Origin: Malacoraja senta
Lineage: Eukaryota
Length of the DNA stretch: 64,000 nucleotides
Assembly: GCA_038087875.1 (NCBI GenBank)
Contig: CM075998.1
Location: forward strand, 4,962,001 to 5,026,000
Reading direction: 5' to 3'
Both the position numbers and the translations under genes were made by a program. Positions 14,358-27,172 of this stretch are shown here, in pieces. The notes under the pieces were generated by a model. That model searched no databases. It had not been told where the DNA came from and saw nothing but the letters and a program-made list of their open reading frames with translations. Position 1 is the stretch's first letter; every line of letters begins with the position of its first letter.

Positions 14358-14844
14358 GTCCCCTGCTTTTGTCCCAACAGGCCCACATTGGTCAGTGGCG
14401 CCCTACGGGGAGATGTTTGTGGGCTGCAAAAAGGCGACTCGCTGGTGGGACGGGAGCGCCATTTTGAGAAGCAGAGAGCTTGCATGAGACAGAGGGAAGT
14501 CAAGTCAAATCAACTTTATTTGTCGCATACACACATACAAGACGTGCAGTGAAATGAAAGTGGCAACGCCTGCGGATTGTGCAAAAACGACAGAACAACA
14601 GAACAGAACCAGTATTTACATTTTAGAAAAAAAACACCAATCTTAAAAAGACACATCACAACAGTGAATGAGTCCCTGGTGAGATGAGAGTTACAGTCCT
14701 GATGGCCTGTGGGAAGAAACTCCGTCTTCACAGCGTCACGTTTTCACAGCGTGACAGCGGAGGCGTTTGCCTGACCGTAGCAGCTGGAACAGTCCGTTGC
14801 TGGGGTGGAAGGGGTCCCCCATAATGTTGCTGGCTCTGGATCTG

Positions 14845-17800
14845 CACCTTCTGAAGGCTGGATCTGTAGGTATATGGTGGCAACAATGCTCAGAATAGTA
14901 ACAGCATACGTTAAAATGATCTTAAAGAGCCCTCCCGCCCAGTTCCCTACGTTAGGAATCTACCCCCACCAGTAAAAGGGCTCGACCTCCGAGATTGTAC
15001 ACAAGGTGTGGATATACTCCCGAATAATCCTTACGTCACAATCAATTCGTTTCTCTTGGTTGGAGAAACTGCAAGATCCGTTGAGGGCCGCACAAACTCA
15101 CCCCTGGGCCAAGAGGAGAAAGTCTAGAGCCATCCGACTTTGAATAACTACAGTGCTGTATCTCTCAACTAAACTAAACACAAATTAATCATCAGTAATT
15201 ATTACTGCAATCTGCATTTTCTGTTTATACTGTGCCCTCCATAATGTTGGGACAAAGACCCATCATTTATTTATTTGTCTCTGTACTCCACAATTTGAGA
15301 TTTGTAACAGAAAAAATCACATGTGGTTAAAGTGCACATTGTCAGATTTTAATAAAGGCCATTTTTTTTCATTTGGGTTTCACCATGTAGAAATTACAGC
15401 TGTGTTTATACATAGTCCCCCCATTTCAGGGCACCATAATGTTTGGGACACAGCAATGTCATGTATATGAAAGTAGTCATGTTTAGTATTTTGTTGCATT
15501 TCCTTTGCATGCAATGACTGCTTGAAGTCTGCGATTCATGGACATCACCAGTTGCTGGGTGTCTTCTCTGGTGATGCTCTGCCAGGGCTGTATTGCAGCC
15601 ATCTTTAGCTTATGCTTGTTTTGGGGGCTAGTCCCCATTCAGTTTTCTCTTCAACATATAAAAGGCATGCTCAATTGGGTTCAGATCAGGTGATTGACTT
15701 GGCCACTCAAGAATTGACCATTTTTTAGCTTTGAAAAACTCCTTTGTTGCTTTAGCAGTATGTTTGGGATCATTGTCTTGCTGTAGAATGAACCGCTGGC
15801 CAATGAGTTTTGCGACATTTGTTTGAACTTGAGCAGATAGGATGTGTCTATACACTTCAGAATTCATTATGCTACTACCATCAGCAGTTGCGTCTTCAAT
15901 GAAGATAAGTGAGCCAGTACCTTCAGCATCCATACATGCCCAGGCCATAACAACCCCACCACCGTGTTTCACAGATGAGGTGGTATGCTTTGGATCTTGG
16001 GCAGTTCCTTCTCTCCTCCATTCTTTGCTCTTGCCATCACTTTGATATGTTAATCATCATCTTATGTATCCACAAGATCTTTTTCCAGAACTGTGGTTGC
16101 TCTTTTAAGTACTTCTTGGCAAACTGTAACCCGGCCATCCTATTTTTGCAGCTAACCAGTGGTTTGCATCTTGCAGTGTAGCCTCTGTATTTCTGTTCAT
16201 GAATTCTTCTGCGGACAGTGTTTTGACAAATCCAAACCTGACTCCTGAAGAGTGTTTCTGATCTGTCGGACAGGTGTTTGGGGATTTTTCTTTATTATAG
16301 AGAGAATTCTTCTGTCATCAGCTGTGGAGGTCTTCCTTGGCCTGCCAGTCCCTTTGCGATTAGTAAGCTCACCAGTGCTCTCTTTCTTCTTAATGCTGTA
16401 CCAAACAGTTGGTTTTGGTAAGCCTAAGGTTTGGCTGATGTTTCTAACAGTTTTATTCTTGTTTCTCAGTCTCATAATGGCTTCTTTGACTTTCATTGGC
16501 ACAACTTTGGTCCTCATGTTGATAAACAGCAATAAACGTTTCCAAAGGTGATGGAAAGACTGGAGGAAAGACTAGGTGCTGAGAGCTCTCTTAAACTGCA
16601 TTAAGGAGGCAATTAAACACACCTGAGCAATTACAAACACCTGTGAAGCCATGTGTCCCAAACATTATGGTGCCCTGAAATGGGGGGGGACTATGTATAA
16701 ACACAGCTGTAATTTCTACATGGTGGAGCCAAAATATATTAAAATGGCCTTTCATAAAATCTGACAATGTGCACTTGAACCACATGTGATTTTTCTATTA
16801 CAAAACTCAAATTGTGGAGTACAGAGGCAAAAAAATCAATGATGGGTCTTTGTCCCAAACATTATGGAGGGCACTGTATTTTGGACAAACACTGGACTAC
16901 CATCAGCAGTGCAGGGCCAAATTCGCATCTACCTGCATTGTCTCTGCCCAGTCCATGGTGGCAGTGACGTTGGAGGTTGCTTTCTCCAGCTCTTGTGCTG
17001 CCAGGCCAGGTATGAGGGTGGGGAGTAACCCGTGGAGCCCCCCGTTACTGGGGACTGCAGGTGGGGGGGGGGGGGTGGGGGTTAGATCTCAGTTGCACCT
17101 TCGGTGACGTTCTGCTGCGTACCGGAGGTACCAGATCTCCGCCAGTACCAAGGGTCACCGTGGGTGATGTTTCAGGACCGCCAACAGCAGCAGGTGGAAT
17201 TGATGACACCAAGGGGTTTCATCGAAAAACATAGAAATAGAAAATAGGCGCAGGAGGCCATTCGGCCCTTCGAGCCAGCACCGCCATTCATTGTGATCAT
17301 GGCTGATCGTCCCCTATCAATAACCCGTGCCTGCCTTCTCCCCAAATCCCTTGACTCCACTAGCCCCTAGAGCTCTATCTAACTCTCTCTTAAATCCATC
17401 CAGTGACTTGGCCTCCACTGCCCTCTGTGGCAGGGAATTCCACAAATCTTAAATGGCCTCCCCTTTATTCTAAGACTGTGGCCCCTGGTTCTGGACTCGC
17501 CCAACATTGGGAACATTTTTCCTGCATCTAGCTTGTCCAGTCCTTTTATAATTTTATATGTTTCTATAAGATACCCCCCCTCATCCTTCTAAACTCCAGT
17601 GAATACAAGCCGAGTCTTTTCAATCTTTCATCATATGACAGTCCCGCCATCCCAGGGATCAATCTCGTGAACCCACGCTGCACTGCCTCAATCACAAGGA
17701 TGTCCTTCCTCAAATTAGGAGACCAAAACTGTACGCAATACTCCAGATGTGGTCTCACCAGAGCCCTATACAACTGCAGAAAAATCCTCTTCGAGTCATG

Positions 17801-18225
17801 ACAGAGGTTAGAGTCTACACAGGTTCGCAGAGTCTCCCGGCAGCACTCCCGTGACGCCTGGTGCTTCTCGTTAAAGTGGCCAGCAAACCAAAAGCGGGGT
17901 TGTTTAGCTTCATACTCTGCCACATACGGACATCGTGTTAGATCGTGACCTTGCCCACCTGTCCACCTTGGGTACAGTTCTCTCGGTCACACACGTGCCC
18001 TCTCCCTCATGGGAACCTGCGTGGGTGGATATTGCATGAGTCAACAGGATTTGCACCGTGGCGAGTCAGAGGGGGAGGCAAGGAGAGGCACGTTCGTGTT
18101 GGGAAGATGTGCACAGATCCAACAACTAGTGTCAATGCATTGTGTCAATCCCATTGCCTGTGTTCGCTGAATAGCGGTGTTATTGTCCCGGCCTGTCGGG
18201 CTTTTGATCACAATAGTTGCTGGCA
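14845..18225 (-). pseudogene. ERV env relic (gamma-type), split by Tc1 and CR1
   Basis: SU CWIC at 18113-18124, fusion/heptad region LLPTLIPGLAAQELEKATSNVTAT at ~16960-17035, and the immunosuppressive domain with a degenerate CX6CC (IQSRMALDFLLLAQG*VCAALNGSCSF) at ~15065-15148. Confidence 0.88.
15230..16876 (-). mobile_element. Tc1-like DNA transposon (IR/DR type), copy 1, defective transposase
   Basis: TA flanks and ~210-bp TIRs with inner direct repeats. Transposase fragments GRPRKTS, KHGGGVVMAW, FILQQDNDPKHTAK and WPSQSPDLNPIEH. Confidence 0.95.
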
Positions 18226-18299
18226 TTAGAAATGCGACTTCAATCCGCGCCTCCCATTGCAAGCCTGCCCCTGCCCCAGACGAACGACTGTCGTCGTTC

Positions 18300-19900
18300 G
18301 TCTGGCGCAGGGGCAGGCTTGCAATGGGAGGCACGGATCCAAGTCGCATTTCCTTGCTTCTTCACTGCGGAGTGGGTCGTCAATGCCACTTGGAACGGTC
18401 CTTCCCGGCGTGGCTGAAGGCAATCATTTCGCTTGAAAGGCTTCACAAACATTTCGTCTCCCGGCTGGTACACGTGGCAGTTTTCACTGGTTGGTTCCTC
18501 GGTCATCTGTGGATGGAAACTTTGGAAAGATTTAGTTAGTGCAATGCAATAGTTCAGAGTGTTGTAATCCCTGCTATGAATGTTCATTGCCTTTGTGGAC
18601 AATGGAGCACTTACTTACAGGTCATTTCATCAGTGTTGTGTCCTGGAGTCACCACTAGAGGGCTCTGTCTCGAAATGAATGTCTCCTCAGGGAGGGTCCC
18701 TGTGGGAGCGGCAGAGTTTTAGCGGCAGCCATGTTGGGCTTGTAATAAATACACTTTGGGTTCTGGACACCAAGTGTAGTTTGTTTGTGAATTATTTAGC
18801 CCTCGAACACAACAATTGGCTTCCCCATGACTATCTCAGATGGAGTTAACCCTTGCACATATTGGGGCTAGATTATCATTAGGGCGATTGGCGAGCCTTC
18901 AGGCCACTTCAAACCTGTCTCATTACATAATTTAGCCAATTTAGTCTTGAGCATCCCAATTTGCCTTTCAACTGCTCCTGATAAGTATGGGTGACATGGG
19001 CAGGATCAATGTTGTTTGCACTGAAGTCCCTTCATTAGTTCCTTCACAAATAAACCAGCAAAGTGCCATCCATTGTCACTTAACGTAACCTCTGGAATGC
19101 CAGATCTCGGTACTACTTCCTTCAGCAGCACCTTGGCTCCTGTTGTGGCATCACTGCGGCGACAGGGGAAGGCTTCCACCCAACACAGCGGTAGAGTTGC
19201 TGCCTCACAGCGCCAGAGACCTGGGTTCCACCCCGACCACGGGTGCTGTCTGTACGGAGTTTGCACGTTCTCCCCGTGACCCGCGTGGGTTTTCTCCGGG
19301 TGCTCCGGTTTCCCCCCACACTCCAAAGACGTACAGGTTTGTAGGTTAATTGGCAAATGTTAAATTATCCCTACTGTGTGCAGGGTAGTGTTAGTGTGCG
19401 GGGATCGCTGGTCGGCGTGGGCTCGGTGGGCCGAAGGGCCTGTTTCCGCGCTGTATCTCTAAACGAAACTAAATCTGGAAAACGAGTCTACAATTACTAA
19501 CATTTATTATAACTCATACATTCGGGCATTAGTATAAAATCCATTTGCATCCAAACAGTAGGTCCCCTCAGTTGGGGTCACGAAGCAACCTGAACACTCC
19601 GAGTTTTTCACGAGTCATATTTTTGTCACGTCATACATTTAGCAGGAACTCTATCAATGAAAGCAGCTCCACCAGGCTGCTTGAATAGTACTGTTCATCT
19701 TTAGTAGCATATATGGAAAATGACACGCATGTGTCAATTGAGGTAGAGGTTGCTAAGGGGCAACTGGGTGGCCATCACAAGAGACCCCAAGACTCGGAGG
19801 TATTTGAAAAAAAATGGCATGGCAATTGGTGCTCAGAAACATTGGTGGCAGCTTGTATCTCAATTATTTCATTAACAGAGGACCCTGGGGAATTAGAATT
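18300..19900 (-). pseudogene. ERV integrase relic
   Basis: Ordered motifs CMT* (broken CxxC), GPTVWMQMDFILMP, LVIVDSFSR|SINE|WVEAFP, VVPRSGIPEVTLSDNG, SGAVERQIGMLKTKLAKLCNETGLKWPE and the GPY/F-type tail QPGDEMFVKPFKR...PRREGPFQVALTTHSAVK...TWIRASHCK. Confidence 0.9.
18634..18814 (+). mobile_element. Short (181 bp) solo LTR inserted in the ERV integrase
   Basis: TGTTGTGT...ACACAACA inverted ends, internal AATAAA and a degenerate 5-bp TSD (ATCAG/ATTGG). Confidence 0.65.
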
Positions 19901-19974
19901 TTGCAGACACTGTTCCGTTGTAGGAAGGAACTGCAGATGCTGGTTTAAATTGAAGATAGACACAAATAGGTGGA

Positions 19975-20440
19975 GTAACTCCGCGGGTCAGGCAGCATCT
20001 GTGGAGAACATGGATAGGTGACGTTTCACAGAGTGCTGGAGTAACTCAGCGGATCAGGCAGCATCTGTGGAGAACATGGATAGGTGAAGTTTCACAGAGT
20101 GCTGGAGTAACTCAGCGGGTCAGGCAGCATCTGTGGAGAACATGGATAGGTGACGTTTCACAGAGTGCTGGAGTAACTCAGCGGGTCAGGCAGCATCTGT
20201 GGAGAACATGGATAGGTGACGTTTCACAAAATGCTGGAGCAACTCAGCGGGTCAGGCAGCATCTGTGGAGAACATGGATAGGTGACGTTTCACAGAGTGC
20301 TGGAGTAACTCAGCGGGTCAGGCAGCATCTGTGGAGAACATGGATAGGTGACGTTTCACAGAGTGCTGGAGTAACTCAGCGGGTCAGGCAGCATCTGTGG
20401 AGAACATGGATAGGTGACGTTTCACAGAGTGCTGGAGTAA
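19975..20440. repeat. 66-bp Penelope-derived minisatellite
   Basis: Unit GAGTGCTGGAGTAACTCAGCGGGTCAGGCAGCATCTGTGGAGAACATGGATAGGTGACGTTTCACA; the array continues at 23446-24125 after the Rex1 insertion. Confidence 0.92.
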
Positions 20441-23400
20441 TTTATAGATAATTTTTATAGAATACGTTTATTGTCATTGCACAATACTGTGCAACGAAAT
20501 TCCATTGCATCTCCTCCGGTTAAAAAATACAAAGACAACCATTGACACATATGTACACTTATTAGTAAAAATAATAAATAAGTATTTAAAAAGAATTTTA
20601 AAAGAATGTTGCATTTCTTGGAATTACATTTTGCTTCCCCAGTATTCTCTGTTGGAATTAAGGTCTTTTATCACACATGGGTAGAAACTATTTTTTAGTC
20701 TACCGGTGCGAACCTTCAGAGACCCGAATCGCCTCCCAGAGGGTAGCAGAGTGAAAAGGTGGTTGGCAGGGTGGGATGTGTCCTGCTTGATGTTTATGGC
20801 CCAGCGCAAGCATCGGGCCCTATATATATCATCCAAGGAGGGCAGTTGAGCGTTTGTGATGCTCTGTGCAGTTTTTATAACTCTCTGCAGCGCCCTCCTC
20901 TCAGCCACAGTGCAGCTAGCAAACCACACCAGGATGCCATAGGAGAGGATACTTTCCACGGCGCATCGGTAGAAGGACAGCAGCAGCGGCATTGAGACGT
21001 TTGCTCTCCGCAGAGACCTCAGGAAATACAGCCGCTGCTGTGACTTCTTCACGAGAGTGACGGTGTTCATTTGCCATTTGAGGTCCTGGAGATGTTTATT
21101 CCCAGGAATTTAAAGCCAGTGACTCTCTCCACCATGTCTCCTTTGATGTATAGAGGAGCAGGTTCCTCTCTCCTCTTCCTCCTGAAGTCAACGACCAGTT
21201 CTTTTGTCTTTGATGTGTTGAGTACCAGGTTGAATTTTGGTACACCAGACAGTCAGTTTTTGGACTTCATCTCTGTAGGCAGACTCGTCGTTGTTGTGTA
21301 TCAGTCCCACCACAGTCGTGTCGTCCGCAAACTTGATGATCCTGTTTGTACTGTGTGTTGGTGTGTATTGTATACAAGATGGGACGCAGCACACAACCTT
21401 GTGGCGCTCCTGCGCTGAGCGTCAGGACTGGGGAGTAATTGGACCCCATCCTGACAGTCTGGGCGGTCTGTTAAGAAGTCCTTAATCCATCTGCATGTGT
21501 TTGCATTAACACCCAGATCAGACAGTTTGTCCACCATTCTGCTGGGGATGATGGTATTAAATGCAGAACTAAAGTCCACAAATAACATCCTCACATATGA
21601 GCCAGGGCGCTCCAGATGTGTCAGTGCGGAATGTAGAGCTATGTTGATGGCATCTTCCGTTGACCTATTTGCTCTGTATGCAAACTGATGCTGATCCAGG
21701 GTGGATGGGAGTGAGGACTTAATGTGGGCCAGGACCAGCCGTTCAAAACACTTCATCACAGTTGAAGTGAGAGCAACAGGTCTGTAGTCATTCAGGCAGG
21801 TAATGGATGTTTGTTTGGGTACAGGCACGATAGTAGCAGTCTTGAAGCATTTAGGGACAGTGCACGTTGACAGAGAGAGGTTAAAGATGTCGCTAAGAAC
21901 CTCCGCTAACTGGTCTGCACAGTCCCGCAATACTCTCCCTGGGATGCCATCTGGGCCAGCAGCCTTCCTGGGGTTGACCCTGCGGAGTGCTCTTCTGACA
22001 TCCTCCGTACTCACAGTGAGTGCCAGGTCGTCAGTGCTGGGTGTGGCTGCAGGTGCAGGCTCCGCCTCATTCAGCTCAAAACGGGCGAAAAAGTGGTTGA
22101 GCTCCTCAGCTAGCGAGTTGTTACTGCTGCTGATGGTCGCCCCCCCCCCCTTGCCCTTGTAGTTGGTAAGTTGCTGAATGCCCTGCCAGACACGCCGAGG
22201 GTCCCTCTCGTTAAAATGCCCCTCTAACCTTCTTCCATAGGCTGTCTTTGCCTCTTTAATGGCTCTCTTTAGTTTAGATCTGGCAGTGCTGTACAGTTCA
22301 TCACTGCCAGATCTAAAGGCTGAGTTGCGTTCCCTCAGCAGCTTCCTGACATCCCTGGTCATCCATGGTTTGTTGTTTGGATAGCACCTGACCTCCCTGT
22401 CGACAGTGACGTTGTTGATACAGGTCTGTATATAGAACATGACTGTGGATGTGTATTCTTGTATGTCCTGGTTTACAAAAAGATCCCACTGGGTGCGCTC
22501 AAAACAGTCCTGAAGTTGGGCGGCAGCACCCTCGGGCCAAGTCTTTATGTTTCTCACACTGGGCTTAGTTCTCATAATGAGAGGTCTGTATGCCGGGGTG
22601 AGAAAGAGTGATAGATGGTCAGACTGGCCGAGGTGAGGGAGAGAGGAGGCTTTGTATCCATCCTTAATGTTGCTGTATACGTGATCCAGTGTATTTTGAC
22701 CTCTCGTCGGACACGTGACATGCTGGTGGAATTTAGGGAGGACAGTTTTTAGATTAGCCTGGTTGAAGTCTCCAGCCGCGATGAAAATACCATCAGGGTG
22801 CACAGTCTGTAGTTTGTTGATTGATGCTAGCAGGGTGTTCAGTGCTAGCTTGACATTAGTGCTTGGTGGAATATAAACAGCCAGAATAACGACAGCTGTG
22901 AACTCCCGCGGCAGATAGAAGGGTCGGCATTTCAATGTGATGAACTCTATGTCTGGTGAACAATGTCTCTCGACAACGTTTACATTTGTGCACCATTTGT
23001 CATAAGTGTAAATACATAGCCCCCCTCCTCTGCTCTTACCGGAGTCACTGCTCCTGTCGGCCCGGTGTGCTGTGCGACCTACCAGACTAATGGCCTCACC
23101 TGGGATCCCAGCATGAAGCCAGGTCTCAGTTACCACCATAATCGAGCAGGTTTGCACAGTTGTATTTTCTTCATTGACCACCTCCAGCTCGTCCATCTTG
23201 TTGCTGAGCGATCGGGCGTTCGTCAAAAAAATGCTGGGTAGCGCCGGTCTGTAAGGAGCCTCCTTTAGCCTAGCGTGAATGCCGGCTCGACAACCGCGCT
23301 TCTGCCGCCTCCGTCTGCGCCGCCTCCCGCACCGTCCGTTCGATATGGTGATCCACTCAGACTCCGCTGGGCGGGTGATTTCTGGCGGGATATAGTCGTT

Positions 23401-23445
23401 GTGGGAGCTTCTCACGAACTCTAGTTCACTACACCGCGTCCCAAT
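20440..23445 (-). mobile_element. Near full-length Rex1/Babar LINE (APE endonuclease plus RT), frameshifted
   Basis: 704-aa ORF 21301-23415 ([45 protein letters not shown]), then GAPQGCVL, KFADD and the C-terminal RYRS/KNSFYP-type tail in other frames. Inserted in a 66-bp satellite array. Confidence 0.92.
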
Positions 23446-24666
23446 CCTGTGGAGAACATGGATAGGTGACGTTTCACACAGTGCTGGAGTAACTCAGTGG
23501 GTCAGGCAGCATCTGTGGAGAACATGGATAGGTGACGTTTCACAGAGTGCTGGAGTAACTCAGCGGGTCAGGCAGCATCTGTGGAGAACATGGATAGGTG
23601 ACGTTTCACACAGTGCTGGAGTAACTCAGTGGGTCAGGCAGCATCTGTGGAGAACATGGATAGGTGACGTTTCACAGAGTGCTGGAGTAACTCAGCGGGT
23701 CAGGCAGCATCTGTGGAGAACATGGATAGGTGACGTTTCACAGAGTGCTGGAGTAACTCAGCGGGTCAGGCAGCATCTGTGGAGCGAAGGAAATGGGCAA
23801 CCTTTCGGGCCGAAACCCTGAAGGAAATAGGCAATGTTTCGGGCCGAAACCCGGTAGGGTTTCGGGCCAAAACGTTGCCTATTTCCTTCGCTCCATAGAT
23901 GCTGCCGGAACATGGATAGGTGACGTTTCCCAGAGTGCTGGAGTAACTCAGCGGGCCAGGCAGCATCTGTGGAGAACATGGATAGGTGACGTTTCGCAGA
24001 GTGCTGGAGTAACTCAGCGGGTCAGGCAGCATCTGTGGAGAACATGCATAGGTGACGTTTCACACAGTGCTGGAGTAACTCAGTGGGTCAGGCAGCATCT
24101 GTGGAGAATATGGATAGGTGACGTTTTGGGTCAGGATCCTTCTTCAGACTCGGTCTGGAACTGGGCCTGGGATCCGGGTGAGTTGCCGACCCCGGCTTGC
24201 TGCCGGCCGGGGGAGATGCGAGGTGGCCGGAGTGTGGGTGAGGGTCGGCGGTGGCGGGCGGCACAGCCTGGAAGGGGCCGGGGTGCCAGCGGTGGAGAGG
24301 GAGGTTCGAGCCAGGATTGGCGCGGGCAGTCGGCACTCTCAGCGGCCGGGGAGGGTAGCACCAGCTGAGGGTGCCACGGGCAACCATCAGTCCGCTATAA
24401 CCAAAATCCATTATGTATAGAGGTCCGTTAAAACAAGGGTTTACTGTATTTTACAAAGGCGTTATGGACACAATCAACATAATCCCTTGCTTCTCAACAA
24501 TAAAATAAATCTTTCCAATCTACTGCAGCAGGAATGTATTCACTTTACGCATCTTCCAAAGTGTTGCATCAGTTTTGTTCATAATTGTCCTAATCAAATT
24601 TTGCTTGAATAGTTTTCCATTTGGGTGAACCAAGGATCGTATTGAGAGCTACATCAATATCACTCT

Positions 24667-24764
24667 TCGATAGGCACAAAAAGCTGGAGTAACTCAGCGG
24701 GCGACGCAGCATCTCTGGAGAGAAGGAATGGGTGACGTTTCGGGTCTAGACCCTTCTTCAGACT
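24667..24764 (-). mobile_element. 98-bp Penelope-derived mini-element with 13-bp TSD and hammerhead core
   Basis: TCAATATCACTCT at 24654-24666 and 24765-24777. The minus strand reads gt-CTGAAGA-aGGGTC ta GACCC-GAAAC-GTC-ac. Confidence 0.75.
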
Positions 24765-26824
24765 TCAATATCACTCTCAAGGTGGTGTTTGCGCAGTTTG
24801 TCTAATTTGTGAATGGAATTGTCAACTTCATGCTGAGGGCTAGGCAAGCCTTCGGCTGCAGCTCTCAACTCAGAGGGTGTTCAGTGTCGGTAAACTGCAA
24901 CGCTATCGCTATCGGGACCTGCAAAGGCTTCGCATTAGTGCTTGTTCAGACGGCCAGGCTCCACTTTCCCCTTCGTGAGACTTTTAACCGTGTATCATTG
25001 TTCTCTGGTAAGAAGCGGAGGAGCCTGGTGTTGCAACGTTGCAGTTTGTCTCTCGAGACATTGTGTCGCCAGGCCATTCAAGTCAGTAAGAGGGTGAGGC
25101 TGACACAAGAGGATAAAAGATGGCCACTGGCATCCTCAACCAGCACGGCTCCTTCAGAAAACACAAAAGCTCCCACATCTTCCTGTGATGTAATTGCTCA
25201 ACAACAGTCACACTCAATAGCTTGAGTATCTTAATCGGAAACCATTCGTGTCCAGAACAGCTAACTTTGTGCCTTGGGAGTTTTCTACAAAATTCCACAT
25301 TCTATTTTCCTGATTCCATCGACCATTCTAGCAGGGCGGCACGGTGGCGCGGCGGTAGAGTTGCTGCCTCACAGCGTCAGAGACCCGGGTTCCATCCTGA
25401 CCATGGGTGCTGTCTGTACGGAGTTTGTACATTCTCCCCGTGACCTGCGTGGGTTTTCTCCGGGATCTCCGGATTCCGCCCACACTCCAAAGACGTGCAG
25501 GTTTGCAGGTTAACTGGCTTTGGTAAAATTGTAAATTGTCCCTGGTGGGTAGGATAGTGTTAGTGTACAGGGATCGCTGGTCGGCGCGTAATCGGTGGGC
25601 CGAAGGGCCTGTTTCTGCGCTGTATCGCTAAACTGAACTAAACTGAAATAGAACATTTCTTGTTAGCAGAAAAAAATAATCTTTTAAGATTGCTCCCCAA
25701 ATGTTCCAATTACTCATAATACCAATTTCAAATTTCCCAATTTATAATCTAATCACCAAATTCCCAAATGCCAATCCCTTTCTGAAATGACGGTATCTCA
25801 TATCCGGAATAGAGACACGCATATTTCTAACACATCATCTTTCTCAAATGAATTAAACAATAAAATCACAGTGAGGACAAAACAAAACCCCTTGCTTGCA
25901 CCTCTCCATCTTTAGTCTTGACAGATAAGTTGAAAACTTCGCACAAACAATTAATTTCCACAGTGGAAAGTTCCAACAACTCCAAATGCCAAACTATTTC
26001 CAAACGCCTGATTTATTATTGGACTGGGATTATGAAAGCTGTTAGTCGTGCAGCGTCTGCAGATGGAGTGGGCGCTGCTGAACCGAACATCTTGTTCAGC
26101 TGGGGGGGGGGGGGGGAGGAGATGGATCTACAATTTACAAATTAAATTGTAAGGGTTGGCAGATAATTGATGGGGTTAGTTTACTTCTAAAAAATGTTAA
26201 CTGCTGGAAAACGAGTCTGCTGCACAGTGTCAAAGTGATGGTGACATCGAAGCAAACAGAGATAAAATGGAATCGGGCCCAGTCAGACTGGTGGGAGAAC
26301 TAGGAAAGGGGAGGGGATGGAGAGAGAGGGAAAGCAAGGGTTACTTGAAGTTAAAGAAGTCAATGTTCATACCGCTGGGGTGTCAGCTACCCAAGTGAAA
26401 TATGAGGTGCTGCCCCTCCAATTTGCGCTGGGCCTCACTCTGACAATGGAGGAGGCCCAGGACAGAAAGGTCAGCGTGGGGAAATGGGAACACAGCGACT
26501 AGGAACAGCTTGTGAGTCAAGGTTAAGAGCCTAGACAGAGCAGTGAACAGTTAATCCCTTCCTAGTTGGAAGATACTTGATACATCCTAATTATCCCATT
26601 GTAGATAAACAAGCCAGTTTTTCAGTGGTGTGTACAGTGTGAAAGTTGTTAGTTGAATGGCCAGTGTCTATAGTCTGTGATATTCCGTCTCCAGTCCTTT
26701 AGTTGTACATCCATCGTTTTTTGTTCACTATAATGTGTTCACTTATTATTTAAGGTCTGCAGATCTTTGAATACTTTGCTCTGACGCCGTATAACTATGT
26801 TTTAAAGTTTTAAACAATGGTGGG

Positions 26825-27122
26825 AGGCACGGTGGCGCAGCGGTAGAGTTGCTGCCTCACAGCGCCGGAGACCCGGGTTCCATCCTGACTACAGGTACTG
26901 TCTGTACGGAGTTTGTACGTTCTCCCTGTGACCTGCGTGGGTTTTCTCCGGGTGCTCCGGTTTCCTCCCACACTCCAAAGTCGTGCAGGTTTGCAGGTTA
27001 ATTGGCTTTAGTATAATTGTAAACTGTCCCTCGTGTGTGTAGGATAGTATTAGTGTGCGGGGATCGCTGGTCGGCGCGGACTCGGTGGGCCGAAGGGCCT
27101 GTTTCTCTAAACTAAACTAAAC
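26825..27122 (+). mobile_element. HE1-type tRNA-derived SINE (representative copy)
   Basis: A-box GGTGGCGCAGCGG, B-box-like GGTTCCATCC, V-SINE-like core and (TAAAC)n tail. Other copies lie at about 6345-6635(-), 19182-19473(+), 25334-25647(+), 37766-38050(+), 39504-39780(-), 46003-46297(-), 48626-48890(+), 49318-49608(-) and 55789-56102(+). Confidence 0.9.
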
Positions 27123-27172
27123 ACAAATTAATCATTAGTAATTATTACTGCAATCTGCGCTTTCTGTTTATA

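Noticed and set aside
24480..25330. Possible ERV gag remnant
   Set aside because: The position fits, but no diagnostic major homology region or zinc-knuckle motif could be read.
26825..26900. tRNA gene-like heads (GGTGGCGCAGCGGTAGAG...GGTTC.ATCC)
   Set aside because: They are 5' ends of HE1-type SINEs and continue into the SINE core and tail.
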